Positions 1 through 7,952 of a DNA stretch of 22,357 nt are shown in pieces; the stretch's first letter is position 1; each line of letters begins with the position of its first letter. The notes beneath the pieces were generated by a model. The model was given only the letters and a program-made list of their open reading frames with translations. It was not told where the DNA came from and did no database searches. Source of the stretch: Gemmatimonadota bacterium (GTDB taxonomy: Bacteria; Latescibacterota; UBA2968; UBA8231); contig JAYOYH010000062.1 of assembly GCA_038153405.1 (NCBI GenBank), forward strand, positions 1 to 22,357, in the 5' to 3' direction. The translations under genes and the position numbers were made by a program.

Positions 1-827
1 TGCACCGAGTAGGCGGCCAAGATGCCCGTGCACAATCCGCCCATTTGCACCCAGCAGGGCACGTCGGCCGCTTCGGCCAGCGCCGCCGCTTTGCGCACCT
101 GAGCGGCCGAGCCACCTAAATTAACGTAGTCGACGCACTCGGCTTTGAGCGCGGCCAGCACACCGGCCGGCGCGCCCAAGTGTAGGGCGATGGGAATGTG
201 CGTCTTCTCGCGCAGCATGCGATACCATTCGAGGTTGTTCTTCAACATGGGGTCTTCGAAGACGGCCACCGTGCCCACCGCTTCTAGCTCGTCTGCCAAC
301 CGCGCGGCCGTCGGCAGCAGGGCAAACTCCGTGTTGGGGTCGACGCCGATGGTATACTCTGGCCCGGTTGCTTCCTTCATTTGGCGCGCCGTCTCGACGA
401 TGTCCCACGAGCGCGCCTTGAGCTTGTGGTTTTTAAATCCCAGACGCTGCCCTACTTCTGCCTCGGCGGCCGTCTCGTGCGGCTCCATATGACACGACCA
501 GTAGGAAACGGGCACGCGCTCGCGCACCTGCTGACCGAAAAAGCGGTGGACAGGCAGGCCATAGGCACGCCCGGCAATGTCGAGCAGAGCACAGGTAAAG
601 GCATCGGGCTGGGCAAAGGGATCCAGCGCCAACGGATCTTGTCCAACCAGCCCTTCGGCAGTGGCCGCATGTGCCGCACGCGTGCCTTGGTACTCACCCC
701 ATCCCACCAGCGCTTCGTCCGTCTGCACGCGGCACAGGGTGATGTCGTAAATCTTGGGAAAGTAGCGCGCAATCGGCGCAATCGGCGGTATTTCCACTTC
801 GTATAGATCGACCTGCGTTATCTTCAC
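1..827 (-). CDS. Mandelate racemase/muconate lactonizing enzyme (enolase superfamily) protein; 3' end runs off the window
   Basis: Missing from the ORF track, translated by hand. GTG at 827 follows GAGGAGG and gives MKITQVDLYEVEIPP...VQTDEALVGWGE...LLDIAGRAYGLPVHRFFG...HKLKA (KxK)...VDPN...FEDP...PIALH. The frame stays open to position 1. Confidence 0.92.
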   Translation of the reverse strand, partial: MKITQVDLYEVEIPPIAPIARYFPKIYDITLCRVQTDEALVGWGEYQGTRAAHAATAEGLVGQDPLALDPFAQPDAFTCALLDIAGRAYGLPVHRFFGQQVRERVPVSYWSCHMEPHETAAEAEVGQRLGFKNHKLKARSWDIVETARQMKEATGPEYTIGVDPNTEFALLPTAARLADELEAVGTVAVFEDPMLKNNLEWYRMLREKTHIPIALHLGAPAGVLAALKAECVDYVNLGGSAAQVRKAAALAEAADVPCWVQMGGLCTGILAAYSV

Positions 828-1130
828 GTGGCACCTCCTCTGATGCGATGCCGGAAAAGATAGGGCGCAATGGGATTTGCATCTATCCCCGGCCTATACC
901 TTGCGCTGCTCTACAACCTGGCCATGGCCTACACCCGTTGCTTAGTGCAGAGCGCGCTCAACGACCTCGACGCCGATACTACTGGCTGGGGAACGAAGGG
1001 GTAAACCGTTCCTTCGACCGATCAGCGCTCTGTGCGTCGACGAGTCGACGTTGTCACGGCAGACAATAAGCGTTTAGTTTGTAGCGCGCATGCGGCATGT
1101 AACCCTCTTTACCCTACGTGGAGCACGACG

Positions 1131-1982
1131 ATGAACGACAGTGCCTTTTCCCTTAGCGAGCAGCAGATTCGCTTTTTCGAGACCTTTGGCTATCTCGGCT
1201 TTCCCGGTCTTATGGCCGATCGAATCGGTGAGATCACAGAGGCTTTCGAGGCCGTCTGGCGCGAGCGCGGCGGCGGCCACAACGGCAAGCCACACGCCGG
1301 CCAGGCACGCTCGTGCATCGTACCCTTTATCGACCAGAGCGCCGCGCTCTCTTCGCTCATAGACGATCCGCGCATCCGCACGCTGGCCTCAACGCTGCTC
1401 GGCAGCAACTTCAACTACATGGGCAGCGACGGCAATTACTATGTCGGCGATACGGGCTGGCACTCCGACGGCTGGCACCCCAAGGACAAACCGCAACATC
1501 TCAAAATCGCGTTCTACTTGGATCCGCTCACGCGCGACAGCGGTGCCCTCCGCGTGATTCCGGGTAGCCACCGCGACGGCGATGCCTATGCCGCATCCCT
1601 ACAGGAACAGATCCGCCATAGCTCGGACCAGTGGGGATTGGAAGGGCGCGACGTGCCGGCCGTAGCGCTGGAGACGCGACCGGGCGACCTGATCTGCTTT
1701 AACCACAACACCAAGCACGCCGCCTTTGGCGGCAGCACGCGGCGGCGGATGTTTACCATCAATCTGTGCCAGCGCTATCCAGAGGAAAACGTGCAGGAAC
1801 TACGAGACTATATTTCCGGCGCAGCGCGCTTCTGGGTCGAACGGGCCTATGGCCCGCAGATGCTGGCCACGGCCGGGCCCGACCGCATGCCCCATCTCGA
1901 GCAGGTTATGGCCAACGACGGACACTTGGCCGAGCTATCGCGTCAGGCGCGCGAAAAAATGGCCGAGCCGTCGCGCGGCTAA
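1131..1982 (+). CDS. Phytanoyl-CoA dioxygenase (PhyH)-family Fe(II)/2-oxoglutarate oxygenase
   Basis: N-terminal LSEQQIRFFETFGYL, WHSD (HxD), GALRVIPGSH, PGDLICFNHNTKH and RRMF. ATG at 1131 has GGAG upstream, so I prefer it to the track start at 1032. Confidence 0.92.
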   Translation: MNDSAFSLSEQQIRFFETFGYLGFPGLMADRIGEITEAFEAVWRERGGGHNGKPHAGQARSCIVPFIDQSAALSSLIDDPRIRTLASTLLGSNFNYMGSDGNYYVGDTGWHSDGWHPKDKPQHLKIAFYLDPLTRDSGALRVIPGSHRDGDAYAASLQEQIRHSSDQWGLEGRDVPAVALETRPGDLICFNHNTKHAAFGGSTRRRMFTINLCQRYPEENVQELRDYISGAARFWVERAYGPQMLATAGPDRMPHLEQVMANDGHLAELSRQAREKMAEPSRG

Positions 1983-2022
1983 GGCGCGCGCGCAGTATCT
2001 CTTAAATGGCGGAAAACAAACG

Positions 2023-2826
2023 ATGGAAGAAATTGGCGTAGAAGATCGCTTCCTCTTTGATTTACAGGGCTTTATTCTGCTGCGCGGCGTGCTCTCGCCA
2101 ACCGAGTGCGCCGCTCTCAATGGAGTACTGCAGGGACTCGAAGAACGCGCATACGAAGATGCCTGGCAGCAGGCGCTACCGCCCGGCGCCGTGGGCCGGC
2201 CAACGCGTGAGACGCAGGTTCCGCACCAGATTCGCCTCAACGGACTGCTGCGCCTCGACCCGTGTTTCGACCTGCTTATCGGCCACCCCAAAGTGCTGCC
2301 TTACTTGAGGGCATTCACGGGCGAACCGCAGCTGATTAACACCTGGTCCATTGCCAAAGACCTGGGCGCGCCGTCGGGCGGCTGGCACCGCGGCGTGCCC
2401 ACCACCGACTACAGCTACCGCGACGGACAGATTCGCTCGCGCATGCTCAACACGGTCTACTTTCTCACCGATAACGGGCCCGACGACGGCTCCGTCGTCG
2501 CCTTGCCTGGCTCGCACAAGAGCAGCTTTGACCTGCACTGGCGCGACTATCAGGGTCTCGAGATGCCCGGCTCGGTCGCCGCAACGGGGCAGGCCGGCGA
2601 CGTGCTGCTCTTTTCCGAAGCGGTCATTCACGACGGGCTGCCCAAGACCTCGCCCGGCATTCGCCGCAACCTCTATTTCAACTACGTGCACGCCCACTAC
2701 AACGTGGTGATGCGCGAACCGAACAACGCCTATCACTTCTACTTTCCGCCGGACGTGCGGGCGCGCTTTGACCAAACGCAGCGAGAGCTAACGCGCTGGA
2801 TGGAGTTCACGCGCTGGTGCAGCTGA
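2023..2826 (+). CDS. PhyH-family Fe(II)/2-oxoglutarate oxygenase with an HxG motif
   Basis: DRFLFDLQGFILLRGVLS, WHRG, LPGSHK, AGDVLLFSEAVIH and RRNLYF. Start placed at ATG 2023 because the track extension to 1726 overlaps the previous gene. Confidence 0.9.
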   Translation: MEEIGVEDRFLFDLQGFILLRGVLSPTECAALNGVLQGLEERAYEDAWQQALPPGAVGRPTRETQVPHQIRLNGLLRLDPCFDLLIGHPKVLPYLRAFTGEPQLINTWSIAKDLGAPSGGWHRGVPTTDYSYRDGQIRSRMLNTVYFLTDNGPDDGSVVALPGSHKSSFDLHWRDYQGLEMPGSVAATGQAGDVLLFSEAVIHDGLPKTSPGIRRNLYFNYVHAHYNVVMREPNNAYHFYFPPDVRARFDQTQRELTRWMEFTRWCS

Positions 2827-2949
2827 ATGCACGAGGAGCGGCTCCTCTTGCGGTGCACCGATCTTCTACAGGCCGCACTGCGCGACATGCCCTAGCAACG
2901 ATAGGCTGCAAGGCAAGTGCGGCATAACGGTGAACCTCACGGCGCCGTC

Positions 2950-3969
2950 TCAAATACCCAAAACCTCCCTTAACAGCGGGTAAAATGCCTCGGCTTGGCG
3001 CAGAAAGCCCAGGTCCGTCGGGTGGGATCCGTCGACCGTATCTTCGCCGTCGGCGCCCAGCAGGTGGTCGCCGGTCAGGTAGTGCAGGTTGGTCACCCCC
3101 TCCCCCAGCAGCGCATCGTACGCCTGACGCAGCGCGGCGCGATTGGCCCGATTGGACTCGGCCCGGCCCGCGCACAAAAACGCGTCGGCGTAGGTGCGGT
3201 CCTCTACCAACACGATGGGCGTATCCGGCCGCGCGGCGCGCAGCCGCCGCACGGCTTCCGGTGTGCGTTCGGCCACCAGCTCGCCGTTCATATTGGGCAG
3301 GCAGTCCATCACGTAGACGGCCGCGTCAATCTCGGCGATACGTTCGACTACCGACCCCTCCATGCGCCCGTTGCCCGAAAAGCCCAAATTGACGACCGGC
3401 CAGTCGAGCCAGCGCCCCAAAAATGCCGTATGGCAGGTGCCCGTGCGCGCAGCGCAGCCGCCCTGCGTAATCGAGGTACCGTAAAAGACGATCGGCTTGC
3501 GCGGACTCGGCGTCGCCGCCTCGATCTTGGCGCCGGACGGAACACCTACGGCCACGTCGCGCACGCCGTTATAAAGGGGCAGGTAGAGCAGGTACTCGCG
3601 CGCGCCCGGCGGCAGTTCGGCGCAGAGCTGGACTTCGTTAGTGGGAAACTGCGTTGGCCGCCCCACGGCCAGCCAGCGCCAGGCGCCCTCGATCCGAACG
3701 TAGAGATCCAAGCCGCTGACGCCAGTGGCCGGCATGTGGTCCATTGCCAGATTGCCCTTGCGCAGCGTCCAGCGCGCGTGGAGCGCCGCTGCGTCGCTGA
3801 CAAAGCGCGCACAAATACCCGCGCTGTCGCGGCTCAAATTCCACACGGGATCGGGCACTCGACCCTCGGCGCCGGCGGGCAGGCGGTCGTAAAAGTCGAC
3901 CGTATCCGCAAAGGCCTTCCCTTCAATGGTCAGTTCGCGCAGATCGCGCCATTCCATCGCATCGCTCAT
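2950..3969 (-). CDS. SGNH/GDSL hydrolase with N-terminal GxDLY-type domain
   Basis: GLDLY, YGTSITQG (block I Ser), GFSGNG (block II), DCLPN (block III) and DGSHP (block V). ATG 3969 is better spaced from GGGAG than ATG 3978. Confidence 0.9.
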   Translation of the reverse strand: MSDAMEWRDLRELTIEGKAFADTVDFYDRLPAGAEGRVPDPVWNLSRDSAGICARFVSDAAALHARWTLRKGNLAMDHMPATGVSGLDLYVRIEGAWRWLAVGRPTQFPTNEVQLCAELPPGAREYLLYLPLYNGVRDVAVGVPSGAKIEAATPSPRKPIVFYGTSITQGGCAARTGTCHTAFLGRWLDWPVVNLGFSGNGRMEGSVVERIAEIDAAVYVMDCLPNMNGELVAERTPEAVRRLRAARPDTPIVLVEDRTYADAFLCAGRAESNRANRAALRQAYDALLGEGVTNLHYLTGDHLLGADGEDTVDGSHPTDLGFLRQAEAFYPLLREVLGI

Positions 3970-4106
3970 ATCGCACATGCTCCCTATCGCTCTAAAGTGG
4001 ACGCGCGCAGCAGCAGGGTCTCTCGACCGTTTAAAAAGCTCTCCGCGCGCAGGATGTGGCTTGATGGCATCGTCTTCTCGCGGTGTGCCTGTGTTACGCG
4101 TCCGAC

Positions 4107-5681
4107 TCAGCGAACGGGTAGACCCGGCACGGACAGGCGCAGGTCGGCCCCCAGCACTTGGGCACAGTTATAGCCGGGCAACCCGATGATATTGCCGCCC
4201 GGATGGCAGCAAGACCCGCACAGGTAGAGCCCCTCAATGCACGTGCGATAGTGACCGGCACCGGCAAAGGGCCGGTTGTAGCCGACCTGTCCGTGTCCCA
4301 GCGAACCGACCAGCAGATCGCCGTAGCGCATATTGGGCAAGGTGCGCTCAACGTCGAGCGGGCTGCGCACAAACGTTTCTACGGCGGCATCCCGCACGTT
4401 GGGCGCGTACTCCGACCACACATCGATCATGCGCTGCCCGTGGGCGGCGGCGGCCGCGTCCCAGTTGGCTGGATCGCCCCTCAGCGCATAGGGTAGCTTT
4501 TCCCACATAAAGGCCGTGTGATAACCCGCCGGTGCCTGCGACGGATCAAAGAGCGTAGGACAGGTACCCCACATAGTCGAGGGCGGTATGCTGCCTCGTT
4601 CGTGGTGGTCCACAATGGCGTCAAACTGCGCAACGCCGTCTAGTCCCATAATGACCATAAACCCATGCTTAACGTGTGGGTACTCCTCTTCGGCGCGATA
4701 TACCGGTCGCTGATCTAAATGGGCGTAGATGCCGAAGAGGGGCGCCAGCACATTGTAGCGAAACTGCTCGGCGCGATCGCGCCAGTCCGCCGATACAAAC
4801 GATGCGTCCAGCAGGTCGAGAAAGGTCTGCTGCGGGTTGAGGCTCGAGGCAATAAAGTGGCGCGCACCGAACATTTGGCCGTGCTCCGTCTCCACGCCAA
4901 CGGCCCGACCGCCCTCCACGACAATGCGTCTGGGCGCCGTGCTCGCAAGCACGCGGCCGCCGTATTCCTCTACGGCGTGCACCAGCGCTCGGGCTAGGTT
5001 GGCCGATCCGCCCACGCACATCTGCGCCTTGCCATCGCTGGCCAACAGCGCCGGTATATGATGGCCAAACCCCGGCGTGCGCAGGTCGACTTCGCGCAGT
5101 CCATTGAAAAAGAGCAGACCGGCCTGGATGAGGGGATGGCGAAATTCGCGCAGCACAAATTCGCGCGGCGAGCAGGCGCTCGTCTCCAGCAGCAGGCGCC
5201 CCTCGAAACTAGCCGCCAGTCGGCGCTGACGCTCTTCGGGAGGCAGCGGAGGGGCCTGTGCTTCAGGTATCAGAATGTGCTGCACAATGGGTCGAAAAGC
5301 ATCGCGCCAGTAGCGCAGGCGCTCGGCGTCGCGGCGGTCCGCACGGGCAAAGGATTCGACCGTCTTTTCGAAATCGGTCCACCACTCCAACGCAAGCCCG
5401 TCGCGCGTCAGCAATACCACGTTAAGCTCGGGTTCGATGTAGCGCGCACCGCGCCGCGCCAGTTCGAGATCGCCATACCAAGGAGCATGCGTCAGCGCGC
5501 GATGGTAAAAGGAGTGGGTGTTGTGCAGGAAGCCGCGGTGGTCTTCTGTGCGCAGACCGCCACCAACGGTTGGGGACTGCTCCAAGCATACCACATCCAA
5601 TCCGGCTTTGCACAAATAGGCCTGCAGGACGAGGCTGTTGTGCCCAGACCCCAAGATGATGCCGTCGTGCGTGGTATCCAC
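4107..5681 (-). CDS. Phytoene dehydrogenase-like NAD(P)/FAD-dependent oxidoreductase
   Basis: Rossmann-type IILGSGHNSL...LEQSPTVGGGL, GGSANLARAL and C-terminal YRTCIEGLYLCGSCCHPGGNIIGLPGYNCA. 524 aa, GTG start. Confidence 0.9.
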   Translation of the reverse strand: MDTTHDGIILGSGHNSLVLQAYLCKAGLDVVCLEQSPTVGGGLRTEDHRGFLHNTHSFYHRALTHAPWYGDLELARRGARYIEPELNVVLLTRDGLALEWWTDFEKTVESFARADRRDAERLRYWRDAFRPIVQHILIPEAQAPPLPPEERQRRLAASFEGRLLLETSACSPREFVLREFRHPLIQAGLLFFNGLREVDLRTPGFGHHIPALLASDGKAQMCVGGSANLARALVHAVEEYGGRVLASTAPRRIVVEGGRAVGVETEHGQMFGARHFIASSLNPQQTFLDLLDASFVSADWRDRAEQFRYNVLAPLFGIYAHLDQRPVYRAEEEYPHVKHGFMVIMGLDGVAQFDAIVDHHERGSIPPSTMWGTCPTLFDPSQAPAGYHTAFMWEKLPYALRGDPANWDAAAAAHGQRMIDVWSEYAPNVRDAAVETFVRSPLDVERTLPNMRYGDLLVGSLGHGQVGYNRPFAGAGHYRTCIEGLYLCGSCCHPGGNIIGLPGYNCAQVLGADLRLSVPGLPVR

Positions 5682-5701
5682 CGGCGCGCGTTACAGACCG
5701 A

Positions 5702-6751
5702 TCAACTCGCCACGCGGAGACCGGTGACGGATAGAATCCATTCGACGTGCGTCGCAACGCGGATAAAGATGCTTATATCGCCATAGCTGCTGTCGCGATG
5801 GTCGTCTATGGGGTCGCTGGCGCCGGCGGACAGGACGCCGGCCAAGGTCCAGACGCCATTGATGCGCACAAAGAGCGGCCCGCCGCTATCGCCCTCTACC
5901 GTCGCCCCCTCAAAGGGCAGTGCCTGTGCGCTGCTGCTGCCCGGACCGAGCAGCGCCTCGTCTTCGTTTACCAATCCGTCGCCCAAGCTATTGGTCGTTC
6001 CATCGGGTGCGTCAAAATCAAAGGCGAGCAGGCCGCCTAAATATTCTACGCCACCGCCGCGCGAGGGAATGCCGGCGACTTTGCGGTCCAGCGTATTTTG
6101 TAGGGCGTGCCGCTTAGACAGCGCGTCGGGATCCTGTCCTTCCTGCCCCGAGTAATCGCCAAATCCGCAAAACCAAGCGACGCTGCCAATGGGTTCGTCG
6201 AGCGAGGTATTGATCACGGCCGGTTGCACCGATGTGATGGGTTCGACCAAGCGCACCAAACACAGGTCATTGGCCGAGTGCATGAGTTCGTCCTGCTCCA
6301 GCCATGAGGGATAAAAGACCAGTTCCGCAACGGCGTGCACGCTGAGCGGCCCGTTTGGATCGGAGCCCAACAGCACCGTTATGCCGGCGGGCAGCGCCGG
6401 ACTGTCCTGTTCGTCCGAAGAGAAAAAGTTGTGGCCGGCCGTGAGAATCCAGTGGGGACTTATCAGCGTACCGGTCGCTACGAATTCACCGCTATCCTCT
6501 CCTTCGTTCCCATAGCTGAAGGCTACGACGGGCGCAAAGTCCGGATATTCAGCCGTATTGTACGGCGCGCGATTGCGCGCGATGGCTTCATACTCCGCCA
6601 GCATGCGGTCATGGCGGATGCCAAAAGTGTATTCTGTGACCGATCCCTCTCCCTGCAGTTCTTCGTCTTCGTCCCAGCCTACGGGATTGTCCTTATCAGA
6701 GCCACAGGCTGTAAGCAGGGCGGAAAGTAATATCAGTCTGAACAACGCCAT
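5702..6751 (-). CDS. S1 (trypsin-fold) serine protease, predicted lipoprotein
   Basis: Signal peptide with lipobox LLTA-C. Catalytic triad motifs are WILTAGH, NDLCLVRL and GDSGGP. Confidence 0.9.
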   Translation of the reverse strand: MALFRLILLSALLTACGSDKDNPVGWDEDEELQGEGSVTEYTFGIRHDRMLAEYEAIARNRAPYNTAEYPDFAPVVAFSYGNEGEDSGEFVATGTLISPHWILTAGHNFFSSDEQDSPALPAGITVLLGSDPNGPLSVHAVAELVFYPSWLEQDELMHSANDLCLVRLVEPITSVQPAVINTSLDEPIGSVAWFCGFGDYSGQEGQDPDALSKRHALQNTLDRKVAGIPSRGGGVEYLGGLLAFDFDAPDGTTNSLGDGLVNEDEALLGPGSSSAQALPFEGATVEGDSGGPLFVRINGVWTLAGVLSAGASDPIDDHRDSSYGDISIFIRVATHVEWILSVTGLRVAS

Positions 6752-6818
6752 GGTCGCTCACCTCATCAGGTAGAGTGGGGTATGTATTGGGTAATTGAGT
6801 TAAACGGACGGCGCCACG

Positions 6819-7952
6819 CTACCAGTTGGTATAGGAGCCGTCTTCGCGCTCGAACCAGATGCCCGCGCCGGCGCGTGGTTCGCCCTCGACGAGTGCCTCT
6901 TCGTTCAGCTCGACACCCAGACCCGGCCCTTCGGGCGGCAATAAGTGGCCGTTGGCAAAGGGCACCTGCACCGGGAAGACATCGGTGTGCGCCGTGCCGG
7001 GCGCGCGCGGGCACTCCTGCACGCCAACTAGGGACGAGGCAAAACACAGGTGGGCACAGGCGGCCGTCGATACGGGACCTAGCGGATTGTGCGGCGCTAA
7101 GTGGATGTAGTGCGTCTCGCACCAGCCGGCAATTTTGCGCGCCTCCGACAGGCCGCCGGCGATGCACAGATCGATGCGCGCATAGTCCATTAGTTCCTCT
7201 TCGATCACCTGGCGAAAAGCCCACTTGCCCGCCCACTGTTCGCCGACGGCAAGCGGCACGGACGTGTGCTGGCGCACTAACCGCAGGCTCTCGCTGCTCT
7301 CGCTGCGAATCGGATCTTCGATAAAAAACGGCCGGTACGGTTCTACGCCTCGGCAAAACTGGATTGCAGCCGATGGATCGAGGCGCGTGTGCACGTCGAC
7401 GCAGATTTCGATCTCGTCACCCAGCGCTTCGCGCACGGCGCGCACCTGCTCGATGCCGAAGCGCACGGCGCGCGACGGCTCCAGCACATTCTTGTCGCCG
7501 ACCGGATCGACCATACCCCAGCGCACGAACTTATAGCCGGCATCGCGCGTCGCCCTACAGCTATCGATCAGCGTGTCGATTGCTTTGGGATCGCCGTTGT
7601 GCGGGTAGCAAGCCACCTTGTCGCGCACGCGCCCCCCAAGCAGCTCGTAGACCGGCACGCCCAGCGCCTTGGCCTTGATGTCCCACAGGGCAATATCCAC
7701 GGCGCTGACGGCGCTGGTTTGCACGCCGCCGCCGGGAAAGAATCCGCCGCGAAACATCACCTGCCACAGGTGCTCAATGCGAAAGGGATCTTGGCCGATT
7801 AGATCGGGTGCCATGCTGTGAATGGTCTCGGCCAGGGCGCGACCGCGGCGCTTCATACCCGCCTCGCCCAAACCGTATAGCCCCGCATCCGTTTCGACTT
7901 TGACAAAGACACCGGCGTCGATGACAAAGGGCTTTATCGCGGTGATCTTCAT
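6819..7952 (-). CDS. Galactonate/mannonate dehydratase-like enolase-superfamily enzyme (C-terminal domain of the fusion, or its own gene from an internal ATG)
   Basis: MKITAIKPF start preceded by AGGGA; VKVETDAGLYGLGE, SAVDIALWDIKAKALGVPVYELLGG, DVHTR, FIEDP, AVGE and APHNPLGP. 377 aa, a full-length family member. Confidence 0.88.
   Translation of the reverse strand: MKITAIKPFVIDAGVFVKVETDAGLYGLGEAGMKRRGRALAETIHSMAPDLIGQDPFRIEHLWQVMFRGGFFPGGGVQTSAVSAVDIALWDIKAKALGVPVYELLGGRVRDKVACYPHNGDPKAIDTLIDSCRATRDAGYKFVRWGMVDPVGDKNVLEPSRAVRFGIEQVRAVREALGDEIEICVDVHTRLDPSAAIQFCRGVEPYRPFFIEDPIRSESSESLRLVRQHTSVPLAVGEQWAGKWAFRQVIEEELMDYARIDLCIAGGLSEARKIAGWCETHYIHLAPHNPLGPVSTAACAHLCFASSLVGVQECPRAPGTAHTDVFPVQVPFANGHLLPPEGPGLGVELNEEALVEGEPRAGAGIWFEREDGSYTNW

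Noticed and set aside
1726..2022. N-terminal extension of the second PhyH ORF in the track
   Set aside because: It overlaps the first PhyH gene in another frame, and family similarity begins at ATG 2023.
2995..4173. 392-aa plus-strand ORF, and similar long antisense ORFs (5058-5786, 9061-9894, 2176-2775)
   Set aside because: They lie antisense to well-supported genes and have no recognisable motifs. Such shadow ORFs are expected in GC-rich coding DNA.
4107..5681. Carotenoid biosynthesis (crtI/crtO) assignment
   Set aside because: There are no other crt genes nearby, and this FAD oxidoreductase family has many non-carotenoid members.
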